From: Bdellovibrionota bacterium
GTDB lineage: Bacteria; Bdellovibrionota_C; UBA2361; CAKMMH01
Direction of reading: 5' to 3'
Length of the DNA: 64,000 nucleotides
Assembly (NCBI GenBank): GCA_050952645.1
Contig: JBMNLI010000015.1
Coordinates: 32,640-96,639 of the forward strand
The position numbers and the translations under genes were made by a program. The first letter of the stretch is position 1; each line of letters begins with the position of its first letter. Below the pieces are notes generated by a model. The model was given only the letters and a program-made list of their open reading frames with translations, made no database searches and was not told the DNA's origin. Of the stretch, positions 32,281 to 43,572 are shown one piece after another.

Positions 32281-32437
32281 ATATTGTTTGCGAAATTGTT
32301 TATTGGTAAGCCTCATAAATATGAGACTTATAATTTTATGTGCATTTAAAACTGTAATTATAATTCCGAAAATTCTGATAATTGTATGTATTTATAACTG
32401 TCCTATAATTTTTAGTTGTATTTGCCAATCAAATTAA
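32281..32437 (+). pseudogene. Possible decayed second Cys-rich peptide gene
   Basis: Frame from 32281 reads ILFAKLFIGKPHKYETYNFMCI*NCNYNSENSDNCMY, aligning without gaps to KWFLNLMV...YHCEGNCN; then frameshifts into NCPIIFSCICQSN*. Confidence 0.35.
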
Positions 32438-32482
32438 TTTAGAAAATGATTAGGCATTTATTATTAATCGTAAAATTTTATT

Positions 32483-32519
32483 GTATGCCTAGATAGAATT
32501 TATCTGGGCATACTTTTTT
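32483..32519 (+). terminator. Intrinsic terminator
   Basis: gtatgcctagata-gaatt-tatctgggcatac followed by TTTTTT. Confidence 0.7.
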
Positions 32520-32528
32520 AATTATCTT

Positions 32529-33934
32529 ATGAAAAATATTGATATATTATTCCCACTAAAACAAACTTTCAAAAATTTCACTTTTTATTACGATAATAAT
32601 TTAGAAGAAGAGACGTTAATTGATCTTAAAAGTTTTTAGAAGATAAAATAAACAATCTAAAGGTTTTTTTAGATTTTTATAATAATGAACCAATAAATAT
32701 ATACTTATTTAATGATATTAATGCTTTTCATATAAATTATTTTGGCAAGGAACAATAATCACATATAATAATTTCGTTAAATAAAAATAATGTTTTTACC
32801 GTTAATCCTAAGAATATTCTCGATAGAGAGTATAATTTTTCATTAGGTACGATTGCATCTCAGTGTTCTTATATATTGTTAAAAGAAAAGTTAAACAATA
32901 AATTACCTAGGTGGCTTAGAGAAGGAATTTTGAAATTTTTATGTAATAAATATGGCAGAAGTTATTTATTATACAATAGATATCATAAGCTTAATATTGA
33001 AACTGTAAAAAATATTATCATAGATGATAACAATGCTATATATGATGATTTTAAAGGTTATCTTTTTTGCCAAATAGTGATTGAATTTTTATTAGTAAAA
33101 TATCGTAAAAATATTTTAAAATATATTATTGATAGTAAAGAGCAGAATATATTTCAAGTATTAGCTACCTCTGATAGGGAATTTTGCAGTAAGTTATATA
33201 ACTATTTTATATCAAAAGAATATCTGGTTCCATATTTTTTAAATTTAAATAAAAAAACAAATCATTTTACATTTTATTTTAGTAATTTACTAAATGATAA
33301 AACACTAAATGATTTAATTTATAAATTAGAAAATAATTTTAGTTATATATGTGATATTTGTAATGTGAATGCAGATGAAGTGGAAAATTATAATGCAAAT
33401 GTTTACATATATGATAGTATAAGTGATTTTCATTACGATTTACATAATACAAGGCTTGATAATTGGTTCACAGGCGAAAGTATAATAGATACTGTGTGTC
33501 TCGTGAACCCAGATAAAACGCAACCCCCTCATGATTATAATTCACAATTAAACATAGCACTCCATGAGTTCGGACATATTATTACTTTACGAGATAATAA
33601 GTGGAGACCTCCTTGGCTAAAAGAAGGAGTTGCATTATATTATGCAAACCCTACTCGGGATGATATAGTAAAGAAGAGTTATTTAAAATATCCACTTGAT
33701 GATAAAAATTTATATATTTTATTTGGTGATAATTATAAAGAGTTTCAAATAAATGGTGGGTATGTATATTCACATACAATTATAGCTTATATTATAAAAA
33801 AATATTCACTTAATACATTAAAATTAATTTTAGCTACTCTAGAAAAGTCTCCATTTGAAATATTAGAGATTGAAAAAAAAGATTTTTGTTATAAGTGGCT
33901 TAATTTTTTTAAAAATGAATATATTGATAAATAA
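32529..33934 (+). pseudogene. Decayed tandem-domain zincin metallopeptidase (peptidase MA-like); 3' part intact as ORF 32876..33934
   Basis: ATG 32529 MKNID...NFTFYY...frameshift ~32635 and stops ~32756/32780; first domain parallels second (HFTFYF..NVYIYD..VNP..PxWLxEG); second domain keeps HEFGH...WLKEGVA. Confidence 0.75.
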
Positions 33935-34073
33935 TAAAATTATAGCACTATGCGAAAGTAAACTAAGAAATAAAGTTTAAACTACCTTTTTAAAACCGCA
34001 ATGAACTAAAATTTTCTTATTAGTCTTTTCCCCTTATTCTCTTTTTCTCTTATTCTCTTTTCCCCTTATTCTC

Positions 34074-35702
34074 CTACACAGGTCTTTTTAAAATATATTG
34101 CGTTATAAGTTCTTCTTCTTTAGTTTGAAGTTCTAAATTTTTTAGTAGTATTGCAGGCGAGATAGTCGTTACGGGAACGTAGCCAGACTCTGCCCCACAA
34201 TAACTATTGTCTAGATGTAAAGTATTTCCAACAGCGATAATATTATTTAATGCTTGAAGTGGAGTCCCTACAAAATCAACGCCTCTTACAGTTTCTTCTT
34301 TGCCATTAGCATAAATGAGCGTCGCATAAGAAATCTCGCCAGCAAAAGCTTGGAAATCATAGCTAGAAGTATCTGTTTCACCACCACTAGTTTCATAAAC
34401 TATCATTCCAAATTTCTTCTTTTGTCTTTTTATCTCTTCTATTAATTTCTTTTTTAACTCATCGAATGAAAAACCTTCTTTCGCTTCTACTAAAGTTACT
34501 GCCATTCTACTAATTGGTCTTTGATGCTTTTTATTGCGAGCATGCCCATTAGGAACAAAGTCGGTTTTTTTAAAAGCCCCCCTAGTGCTTAAAAAATCTT
34601 TTAGCACTCCATTTTCAATTAACACTGCGTCTTTTGCTTGAGTGCCCTCATCATCGAAATCGTAAGCCCCTATGCATGCTTTTCCATTAAAATATTTTAA
34701 TTTTGGATTATCATGAATCGTAATAGGCATATCGAGAATTTTTTTACCTATCTGCCCTTTGAAAGTTTGTCCCTCTCCCGTTGCTAGAAGCCTGCTTCCC
34801 TCTAATCTATGTCCTATGGCTTCATGAAAAAGAACGCCCGCTGATTTTGCTGATAATAATACTGGGCCAGAAAATGAATGAATCTTCTTAGCTTTAGATA
34901 ATTTCATAAGTTTAGAATGTTTTTCTAGCACTAGCTCTTTTAAGTCTTCAAAGCTAGGGAGTTCCTTTTGAGAACCCGTGTTAATTACAAGCTCCTGACT
35001 CAGTTGCACGCCCTCTTTAGTAAGTTTGATAAGTCCTACTAGTAGAGAATACGTTTGGCAATGCTCTACTATCACTCTATCTTCAGTGCTTACAAAAACT
35101 TTTGTCTCTTGATTAGTATCAAAATCAACATAACTACTAGTTAAATCACTTAAGGAAGAGACCCACTTAGAGGCCTTTTTACAAAAATTTATCCAATATT
35201 TCTCATCTATTTTTTCAGCCCTAGAATATTTTATATGTTCTTTGCTAGGTAGCTTATAAAAAGAATTAAACTCTCTAGTAGTGTCGACCGTTAATACTCT
35301 TGCTGCCTCTTTTAAATTATAATCTGACAATGCTTCCTTGAATTTTTCTTCCATAAGTTTCCAAATAGCGATTTGAAGTCCCTGGTAATCTTTATCGTCT
35401 ATCGGCATAGAAATATTATCATAGGAGTGTTCTTCCTTATCGTTATCCATAAGTCCACCATCTGAAACTTGGTCGTACCTATAACTTCCTACACGAATAT
35501 CACAATAAACATCTCTACTCTTGTCCGATTTTCTTTTATAAAGCGAACCGCTACTAGCCCAAGTGTTAAACCAGTTTGTATCTCTAAGTAAGAAAGAGCA
35601 ATAATAAGGTTTAGGAAAACCTTTTATCTTCATAGTTAAAGCTCTTTTAGATTCTTCTTTTAATATTGGAATAATTTTATCTATTTGTGATTTTTTTAAC
35701 AT
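34074..35702 (-). CDS. TldD/PmbA family metalloprotease (TldD-like)
   Basis: GPVLL...AGVLFHEAIGHRLEG, ITIHDNP, FDDEGT, NGHAR, SRM, CGAESG.VPV. Confidence 0.88.
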   Translation of the reverse strand: MLKKSQIDKIIPILKEESKRALTMKIKGFPKPYYCSFLLRDTNWFNTWASSGSLYKRKSDKSRDVYCDIRVGSYRYDQVSDGGLMDNDKEEHSYDNISMPIDDKDYQGLQIAIWKLMEEKFKEALSDYNLKEAARVLTVDTTREFNSFYKLPSKEHIKYSRAEKIDEKYWINFCKKASKWVSSLSDLTSSYVDFDTNQETKVFVSTEDRVIVEHCQTYSLLVGLIKLTKEGVQLSQELVINTGSQKELPSFEDLKELVLEKHSKLMKLSKAKKIHSFSGPVLLSAKSAGVLFHEAIGHRLEGSRLLATGEGQTFKGQIGKKILDMPITIHDNPKLKYFNGKACIGAYDFDDEGTQAKDAVLIENGVLKDFLSTRGAFKKTDFVPNGHARNKKHQRPISRMAVTLVEAKEGFSFDELKKKLIEEIKRQKKKFGMIVYETSGGETDTSSYDFQAFAGEISYATLIYANGKEETVRGVDFVGTPLQALNNIIAVGNTLHLDNSYCGAESGYVPVTTISPAILLKNLELQTKEEELITQYILKRPV

Positions 35703-35873
35703 AATTTATTAGATTAACCTTTTTAAAAATAACTTCAATAAGTTATTAGTCTTTCTTTAATAATAAATATTAGGAAAACTTATAGTTTTTTACTATTTGT
35801 AATATATTTTCACAATGTAGCTTTTTTGTAGCTCTTTTTGAATAATATATAAAATTTATTCATCAAATATGGT

Positions 35874-37017
35874 ATGAGTGAATTTAAAAGATATAAAATA
35901 GCATTTTTTGCTCCTACCGCTTTGCCATTTTGCAAGGACTCTTTAGACTTGCGACCGCTAGATGGGCTTGAAAGTAATATTATTTTACTTTCAAAACGAG
36001 TTAGCAAGAATGGGGCATTTAGTGCAAGTTTATACTACACATAGAAATTTACCCAAAAAAAATTTACTAAAAGAAAACAAAGGTAATTTAGATAATAATT
36101 TAAATAATAATTTAGAGTATAAAAATATTAGTAATATAAATGAATTATTTAAGAAAGAAAATTTTGTAGATGTTTTAGTAATAGTAAAAGACCTGCCGAC
36201 GCTCCTTTTAGATATCCCTTGTAAAGTAAGGCTGTTTTTAACGGCAGATGGAGCAAATGAAATTTCTACATTTGGGATAGGAGATAAGCGTTATATAAAT
36301 AGAATAGATTGTTTATTAGGAATGAGTGCATGGCATATAGACACGCTTTGTAAAACTTCAGGGTTTTTAATGGAAAAGTGCGAAGTTTTAGGGAATGCGA
36401 TAGACCTTTCAAATTATAGTGGCGTAGAAAAAAGAGAAAGAAAACGTTTGATATTTACTGCGGCTCCTTATAAGGGCTTAGAGCTTACTATAAGACTAAT
36501 AAAGGAGCTAAGAGAAAAAGATGCAGATATAGAGTTTCATAGTTTTAGTGGCTTTAATATTTATGATGGTGAGGCGCCATTTAAAAGTGACATAGCTAAG
36601 GAATACAAGAAAGTAAACGCTGAGTTAGAAAAAATTCAAGGCGTGTTTATACATGGTAATATTTTACAAAAAGATTTAGCTAGAGAATATATGAAGTCGG
36701 CACTTCTTATTTATCCTTGCACTTGGTTTGAAACTGGAGCAAGAACGCTTCTAGAGGCACAAGCTGCAGGGTGCCCAGTAGTAGCTTCTAGGATAGGTGC
36801 CACAGAGGAAATTGTAGGGAGCGGTGGTTTTATAATTTCTGAAAAACTTGGTTCAGAAAAGTTTTATGAAAAGTTTAAATTAGCGATAATTGAGATTTTA
36901 AACAACGATGAGCTTTGGAGCAAGATGTCGCTTAGTGGTAAGATGAATGTTAAAAATAATTTTTCAGATGAGACAGTCGCTAAAAGATTTGAAAAGCTTC
37001 TTTTAAAAAGATTATAG
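35874..37017 (+). pseudogene. GT4 glycosyltransferase with a 1-nt frameshift near the N-terminus
   Basis: ATG 35874 MSEFKRYKIAFFAPT...RPLDGLESNIILLS| joins NELARMGHLVQVYT of ORF 35962..37017 if one A of tcAAAAc (~35995) is removed; ETGARTLLEAQAAG EX7E motif. Confidence 0.78.
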
Positions 37018-37327
37018 AGAAATTAAATCTTATCTAAATTAAAGAGTCATTTAAAGAGTCATTAAGGAATCATAAAAAATAATAAAAATTAAAAATAAAT
37101 AACAAAATGCGATTCTTCAAAAAATAGGCTAGTTATGCTACTATAATTCTTTGTAATATTTGTTAATAGTAATATTTAGAAAAACGAATACTTTTTTTAA
37201 GTATATTTTTATCTAAATAAGGTTTATTGTAGATAATGTTTTAAAATTTAAAAATAATCTTTAAAATTAAAATAAAAATTAAATTAAAAATAAAAATAAG
37301 TTTAAAATTTTAAAAAGAAATCATACT

Positions 37328-38659
37328 ATGAATAATACTATGAATATATGTGTTATAGGACTTGGCTACGTTGGTTTGCCTTTAGCTTTAAGTTTAGCTA
37401 AAAAAAATAAGAAAGTTATAGGCTTTGATGTAAATAGTAAAAAAGTTGAAGCTTTTAATAAGGGAATAGATGTTATATGTGAAGGCTTTGAAGATGAGTT
37501 AAAGACTACTACATTAGAGATGACATCAGACCCTAGTAAATTAAGTGATGCAAATTTTTGCATAGTTTGCGTTCCGACTCCTATCGATATAAATAAATGC
37601 CCAGATTTAAGATTCTTAGAGAGTGCCTGTGAAACTATCGGAAGATATTTAAAAAAAGGCGATATAGTAGTTTTTGAGTCTACCGTGTATCCAGGATTGA
37701 CGGAAGATTTTTGTGGTGAAGTGTTAGAAAAAGCTTCAGGATTAAAAAAATATACAGATTTTAAATTAGGGTATTCTCCAGAAAGAATAAATCCAGGGGA
37801 TAAGGAAAGAAGCGTCGATAAAATAGTAAAAGTTATATCTGCTCAAGATGATGAAACGCTAAAAGTCGTAAAGAAAGTTTATTTGTCGATTATAGATGCT
37901 GGAGTTTACGAGGCAGAGTCGATAAAAGTAGCTGAGGCTGCAAAAGTTATAGAAAATACGCAAAGAGATATAAATATAGCTCTTATGAATGAGTGTGCAA
38001 TAATTTTCGATAAGATGGGCATTTCTACAAAGGCGGTATTAAATGCGGCAGCTACTAAATGGAATTTTCTAAAGTTTTATCCAGGGTTAGTAGGAGGGCA
38101 TTGCATAGGAGTTGACCCTTATTATTTAACTGCGAAAGCAGAAGCTTTAGGATACCACTCTCAAGTTATTTTAGCAGGAAGAAGAATTAACGATAGCATG
38201 GGAAAGTTTATAGCAAATAAAACTATAAAACTTTTACTCTCTAATCATGGTTGTGTAAAACAAGGCTACGTAAAACAAGGCTGTATAAAACACGGATGCA
38301 TAAAAGATGTTAAGATAGGAATTTTTGGCTTGTCGTTTAAGGAAAATGTCGCAGATTTAAGAAATAGTAGAGTGCCTGATATTTATAATGAGCTTAAGGA
38401 GTATGGAATTTGTTCGTTAGTATGCGACCCTTTAGTATCGAAAGAACAAGCACTAAAGGAGTATGATATAAGTTTAGTTGATTTTAATGAATTTAAAGAT
38501 TTAGATGCGATTATTTTAGCCGTGCCTCATAGTGAGTATATAGATAAGATAAAAAATAGTTTAGATAAAAAGGTAAAAAAAGGTGGGGTGATAATCGATG
38601 TTAAAACATCTTTTAATGAGTTTAAAAATAATAAATCTTATATTTATTGGGCATTATAA
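37328..38659 (+). CDS. UDP-N-acetylhexosamine 6-dehydrogenase (WbpO/TviB/CapL-like)
   Basis: GLGYVGLP, CVPTP, ESTVYPG, SPERINPGD, AKVIENTQRD, GLVGGHCIGVDPYYL, FKEN..DLRNS. Confidence 0.93.
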   Translation: MNNTMNICVIGLGYVGLPLALSLAKKNKKVIGFDVNSKKVEAFNKGIDVICEGFEDELKTTTLEMTSDPSKLSDANFCIVCVPTPIDINKCPDLRFLESACETIGRYLKKGDIVVFESTVYPGLTEDFCGEVLEKASGLKKYTDFKLGYSPERINPGDKERSVDKIVKVISAQDDETLKVVKKVYLSIIDAGVYEAESIKVAEAAKVIENTQRDINIALMNECAIIFDKMGISTKAVLNAAATKWNFLKFYPGLVGGHCIGVDPYYLTAKAEALGYHSQVILAGRRINDSMGKFIANKTIKLLLSNHGCVKQGYVKQGCIKHGCIKDVKIGIFGLSFKENVADLRNSRVPDIYNELKEYGICSLVCDPLVSKEQALKEYDISLVDFNEFKDLDAIILAVPHSEYIDKIKNSLDKKVKKGGVIIDVKTSFNEFKNNKSYIYWAL

Positions 38660-38686
38660 TTTTTTTAATGGGAGAAATCAAGCGTT

Positions 38687-41308
38687 ATGTTATTACACGG
38701 TTTATCTAGTAAAGAGGTTATAGATAGTAGAAATAAGCATGGTTCTAATAAATTGCCAGAAGAAAGGCAAAAGACTGCTTTTGATTTTCTGAAGGAAACT
38801 TTCGAGAACAAGTTAAATATGCTTTTGTTAATTATGACGATTGCCTTTATAGTGCTTGCAGCTATCGGTTATGCTTCAATAATAGAGCCTATAGGAATAG
38901 GTGTAGTAATAGTGGCGATTACGCTAATTAATATCCATACGGGATTAAAGAGCCAAAAGAATGCTAAGATTTTAAAAGATAAAGCAAGCGTTCGTTTTTG
39001 CAATGTGCTAAGAGATGGTGGAATTCAAAGAATAAATGCTAATGATGTAGTAGTAGGCGATGTTATTTTGCTTCAAACTGGTGAAGCGATACAGGCTGAT
39101 GGATTTTTAATCGATGGAAGAATAAAAGTCGATAACTCTGTATTAAATGGAGAGAGTAAAGAGTGTTTTAAAAAGCCCATTTTAGATTATGTGTATGATG
39201 AAAATAAAGAAATAAACTCTGATGATTATGTTGATGAAAATAGTTTATTTTCAGGAGCTATAGTTACTGAAGGGGAAGGAAAGATGCTAGCTAAAAAAGT
39301 TGGCATTAACACTCAAAATGGCAAGACTATTTTAAGCATGCAATCGATAGAGCAAACTAAAACCTCTTTAGAGATACAATTAGAGAAGCTTGCTAAGCAA
39401 ATTTCAGTTTTTGGTTATGTAGGTGCGGTAGTTATAAGCGTAATTTTATTATTATCGCAAATCGTTGACGTGGGGTTTAGCAATTATTTTAATAATGATA
39501 TTTTAATTATTGCTAAAGATGTAATAGCTATTTTTATAACTGCTATAACTATTATAGTAGCAGCAGTCCCTGAGGGGCTTCCACTTATTATCAATTTAAT
39601 AACTGCACAAAATGCAAAAGTAATGTTAAAAAATAATGTTCTTGCTAAAAATACTAGTAAGATTCCCGAAGCTGGTAATATTGAACTTTTATGCACCGAT
39701 AAGACTGGCACTCTTACTAAGGGTGTTTTAACGCCACTTCATAATATTTCTTTAGATGGAAAAGAGATAGTAAAAGACAAGAATAATCTATTATGCGAGT
39801 CTTTTTTAGAAAACATTTCTGTAAATAACAGTGCTATGTTTGATGATGGAAATGAGATTATAGGAGGGAATGCTACCGATAGGGCACTTTTAAAAATGGT
39901 GACTTCAGATGAGTTTAAAGCATATAACGATATAAAAATAGAAAGAAAGTTAGCTTTTAATAGCACTAATAAATATTCTGCTACGCAAATTGTAAAGGAT
40001 GGTAAAACTATTACGTATTATAAAGGTGCTCCTGAAAAATTTTTAGAGTATGCAAAATATTTTGAAAGTGAGAAAGGTTTACAAAAAATAGATTACGATT
40101 TTGTTAAGAACAAAATTAAGGAGTTTACTAGTAAGAGCATGAGAGTAGTAGCAACGGGGTTTTCTAATAAGGAAATTTTAGAGGGGTTGCCAGATGATTT
40201 AGTTATGACATCGTTAGTTGCTATACGTGATGATATTAGACCTGAGTGCGTGCCTGCGGTTAAAAAGATGCATGGAGCAGGCGTGCAAGTTATGATGATT
40301 ACGGGCGATGTGTTAGATACTGCTAGGGCGATAGCTAAAGAGGTTGGCATTATAGAAAGCGAAAACGATATAGCGATAAGCGCAATAGACTTAGAGAAGC
40401 TTTCAGATGAGGAGATAAAACGAGATTTAAGCAGGATAAAAGTTATAGCTAGGGCGACGCCACAAACTAAGCTTAGGATAATAAATTTAGCGCAAGAGTT
40501 AAATTTATGTGTTGGTATGACGGGCGATGGAACGAATGATGCGCCAGCTTTAAAAAGAGCAGATGTTGGCTTTTCCATGGGAACTGGAACTGATTTATGT
40601 AAGGAAGCAGGGGATATCATTATAACTGATGATAATTTTGTTTCTATTACGTCGAGTGTTCTTTTAGGAAGGACGTTTATGCATAATATAATGAAGTTTT
40701 TAAAATTTCAGCTTCCAGTAAATATTTGCATGGTTTTATTATGTGTGATTTATCCTTTATTTTTCGGTGTTGAAGCGTTAGTAGCAGTGCAGATACTTTT
40801 AATAAATATAGTAATAGATGCTTTAGTGTCGCTCTCTTTTGGTGGCGAGCCTTGTAAAGAAGAGTATATGACTGAAAAGCCTATAAAAAAGGGTTCAAGT
40901 TTAGTAAGCAAGGAAACGTCTAGGGAGTTTTTATTTTATGTAAGTTTTTATATGGTTATATTTTTTATAACGATGCTTCCTAAAGTTCAAGAAAAGTTTT
41001 TCCCTACAAAAGAGGAGTATTTAACCGTTCGTTTTGCGTTATTAGTTTTAATGGTAAATATTAATGGTTTTAATATTAGAACTGAGTCTTTAAATTTATT
41101 TAAGGGGATTTCATTAAATCCTATGTTTGTAAAAATATTTATTTGTATATTAGTAGGAACGTTTTTCTTTATAAATTGTTGTGGTAAGTTTTTATCATTT
41201 GTGCCTTTAAATTTAACTCAGTGGGTTTTTATATTATTAATTTCAAGCTTAATTATTCCTGCGGATTTGTTAAGAAAATTATTTTTGTTAAAGAGAAAAA
41301 AGGTGTGA
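38687..41308 (+). CDS. P-type ATPase, type II (Ca2+-transporting-like)
   Basis: NGES, AVPEGLP, DKTGTLT, KGAPE, MITGD, GDGTNDAPAL. Confidence 0.93.
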   Translation: MLLHGLSSKEVIDSRNKHGSNKLPEERQKTAFDFLKETFENKLNMLLLIMTIAFIVLAAIGYASIIEPIGIGVVIVAITLINIHTGLKSQKNAKILKDKASVRFCNVLRDGGIQRINANDVVVGDVILLQTGEAIQADGFLIDGRIKVDNSVLNGESKECFKKPILDYVYDENKEINSDDYVDENSLFSGAIVTEGEGKMLAKKVGINTQNGKTILSMQSIEQTKTSLEIQLEKLAKQISVFGYVGAVVISVILLLSQIVDVGFSNYFNNDILIIAKDVIAIFITAITIIVAAVPEGLPLIINLITAQNAKVMLKNNVLAKNTSKIPEAGNIELLCTDKTGTLTKGVLTPLHNISLDGKEIVKDKNNLLCESFLENISVNNSAMFDDGNEIIGGNATDRALLKMVTSDEFKAYNDIKIERKLAFNSTNKYSATQIVKDGKTITYYKGAPEKFLEYAKYFESEKGLQKIDYDFVKNKIKEFTSKSMRVVATGFSNKEILEGLPDDLVMTSLVAIRDDIRPECVPAVKKMHGAGVQVMMITGDVLDTARAIAKEVGIIESENDIAISAIDLEKLSDEEIKRDLSRIKVIARATPQTKLRIINLAQELNLCVGMTGDGTNDAPALKRADVGFSMGTGTDLCKEAGDIIITDDNFVSITSSVLLGRTFMHNIMKFLKFQLPVNICMVLLCVIYPLFFGVEALVAVQILLINIVIDALVSLSFGGEPCKEEYMTEKPIKKGSSLVSKETSREFLFYVSFYMVIFFITMLPKVQEKFFPTKEEYLTVRFALLVLMVNINGFNIRTESLNLFKGISLNPMFVKIFICILVGTFFFINCCGKFLSFVPLNLTQWVFILLISSLIIPADLLRKLFLLKRKKV

Positions 41309-41313
41309 AATCT

Positions 41314-43407
41314 TTATTTTCTTTCTAATTTTAAAATTCTGCAACGTGTAATGCCTGCTAAGATAATGTAAACATTTTCATTATGGCTTATAATTTGCAT
41401 TGGTTTTTCATTTTCCTCTATATCAATATATGGAGCTAGAGAAAGGCTATATTTTAAGCTAAGAGTATCGTTTTTGTTATCAAGGTGGTATTTTTTAAGC
41501 TTCATGTTCTCATCAATAATAAAGAATTCATCTTTCTTAGGAAAGTTTTTAGTATCTTTTAACTCACTTATACAACTTACCTCAAGTTTTGTATCTAAAA
41601 GCTTTTTTTTATAAAAGCTATCTTTTGTAATGATAAATTTATAAATTCTACCATTTTTAGATATGGCTAGAAAATTTCCATCGGTCGCCCCGACTAGCTT
41701 TGTGAAATGGTGTTTCAAGGTAGGAGAAATTTCATTTTCATCTTTTTTACGCATAATCTCGATAGTATCATCAGAATATAAAACGACCATTTTTGCAAAT
41801 GTTGAGTTCCTTAAAAAGCAAGCATCACTAATTATTTTTTTATTACGTGAAATAGTTTGAATAGGCATGCGACCTTCGATAAGATCATTTTTATCATATA
41901 TGTTAATTTCTTTATCTGTAATAACAGCAAAATGTTCTTTTATAGAATTTATACTAATAATTAAGCCGTTGTGTATACGTTTTGAAAAAGATAATTTAAG
42001 TTCTCTTCTAGGGTCTAGTTTTGGTATGATATCATTGCTACGTTTATAAATATTAAGCGTCCCATCGTGAGTGCCTATTGCGATCTCGTTTGATAAAAGC
42101 ACAGAAATGGCTGAAGGTCTATCTGTAAAGTGTAAAAGTTTTCTTCCATCGATTAGCACTCTTTGTTCTTTTATTAAGTCATCCGTTAATGTTGAAATTG
42201 TAAAAATTTCGTTATTAACTAAAATATTATCTAAAATTATTGGTTCTCGATATTCTCTAAAGAAATGTTCTATTTTTAATGGTGAGTTTTCTTCATTTAT
42301 TTTTTGAATGGTTATATCGCCAATCTGTCTATCTATAAAATAAAATAAGTCGAGACTATCTTCTGATGATAATTTTTCTGTTTCATCTTTAAAGGCTTTC
42401 CTAGTTTCTTCTGCCCAAAGTTTAAGATAATCTTTTATAGAAGATAATATTTTTTCTAATGCATTTATATCTTTATTATTTATACAATATGCGCTACCGT
42501 AAGAGTTTCCTATGTATTTTCTAAAAATATCTAAAGTTATTATTTCGCCATCTTTAGAGGTAAATTGTAATGTTTCACTTCCACTAGCGCTAGATTTTTG
42601 CATAACTTCATCGAGAAATAAATGAAAAGCACCGAAAGTTTGTTTGTATTTTCCTTTAAAGACTTTTCCTAATGTTGAATCTATAAGTGGCACTTCATCT
42701 TTATTAACGTAAGTTGTAGTTTTATTTTTCATAAAATAATCGATAAACTTAGCAAATTTTATTTTATCTTCTTTTCTTATTTGCACAGTTTTATTTTTCC
42801 CATACATAACGTATTGAATTTCTAGTTCTATTTTATTGTTTTTCTTAGTTTCTATTTCAATAATATTATTTTCGTTAGGTTCTAAGTTTTTAAACCAAAT
42901 CAAAAAACTTTCAGCATCGGAAGTTATTAGTCTAAATTTATCCATTAATAATTTTTTGCTAATTAACTGTGAAAAATTTTTGTTCTGTGTTTCTAAAATA
43001 GACTTGATATACTCTTTTAGAAGTGGCAAATCTTCTTTCAAAATAGCAGGAGATATACGTTCCTCTTCTCGTTTTATAGTATACGGTATTGAAAACTCAT
43101 TTCCATTAATGGCTACGAATTTTAATTGATAAACACCGTGAGTCGCTTGCTCTTGCTTAATATTTCGAAACATCGTTGCCCTTATTTTAGGAACAACGGT
43201 TTTTATGTTTTCAGTAAGCTCAAGTTCTTTAAAGCTTTTTGTAGAAATAGGGATTTCTCTTTCTAGATCTATTTTATTAAATTTTGCTTTTTCTTCTTTG
43301 GTTAAATATCTTACACAAAAAGGTTGTTTAGGCATATAACTTTCTCGGAGAGGAGTTTCGTTATTATCTTTATCTTGACTTTCTTTACCTTGTATCGCTA
43401 CTTCCAT
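41314..43407 (-). CDS. Hypothetical protein (697 aa), paralog of 43573..46506; C-terminal beta-propeller-like region
   Basis: Shares IAIGTHDG, IHNGLII, FAVITDKEI.IYD, ACFL.NS..KMV.LYSD.TIE, FFIIDE, CRILKLE with the neighbour. Confidence 0.75.
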   Translation of the reverse strand: MEVAIQGKESQDKDNNETPLRESYMPKQPFCVRYLTKEEKAKFNKIDLEREIPISTKSFKELELTENIKTVVPKIRATMFRNIKQEQATHGVYQLKFVAINGNEFSIPYTIKREEERISPAILKEDLPLLKEYIKSILETQNKNFSQLISKKLLMDKFRLITSDAESFLIWFKNLEPNENNIIEIETKKNNKIELEIQYVMYGKNKTVQIRKEDKIKFAKFIDYFMKNKTTTYVNKDEVPLIDSTLGKVFKGKYKQTFGAFHLFLDEVMQKSSASGSETLQFTSKDGEIITLDIFRKYIGNSYGSAYCINNKDINALEKILSSIKDYLKLWAEETRKAFKDETEKLSSEDSLDLFYFIDRQIGDITIQKINEENSPLKIEHFFREYREPIILDNILVNNEIFTISTLTDDLIKEQRVLIDGRKLLHFTDRPSAISVLLSNEIAIGTHDGTLNIYKRSNDIIPKLDPRRELKLSFSKRIHNGLIISINSIKEHFAVITDKEINIYDKNDLIEGRMPIQTISRNKKIISDACFLRNSTFAKMVVLYSDDTIEIMRKKDENEISPTLKHHFTKLVGATDGNFLAISKNGRIYKFIITKDSFYKKKLLDTKLEVSCISELKDTKNFPKKDEFFIIDENMKLKKYHLDNKNDTLSLKYSLSLAPYIDIEENEKPMQIISHNENVYIILAGITRCRILKLERK

Positions 43408-43572
43408 ACTTCTTAGTATAAATATAAAAATTATTTAATAATCTTGATTAGTCGCTTTTGTTTTAATTATTTTTTACTAGTTTTATTTTTTATTCTTAAT
43501 TTTAAATAAACAACATTAAATGTTATTATATCTAGTGTTTTTAATCAAAAATATTTTTTTTAAAGGGGGGAT

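Noticed and set aside
32321..32437. 38-aa hydrophobic ORF MRLIILCAFK...CICQSN
   Set aside because: No RBS; composition expected from AT-rich DNA; overlaps the better-supported decayed peptide frame
16669..32800. Stop-codon reassignment or read-through explaining in-frame TAA stops (16774, 32347, ~32756)
   Set aside because: All housekeeping genes are intact under the standard bacterial code and use TAA as stop; the stops co-occur with frameshifts in decayed genes
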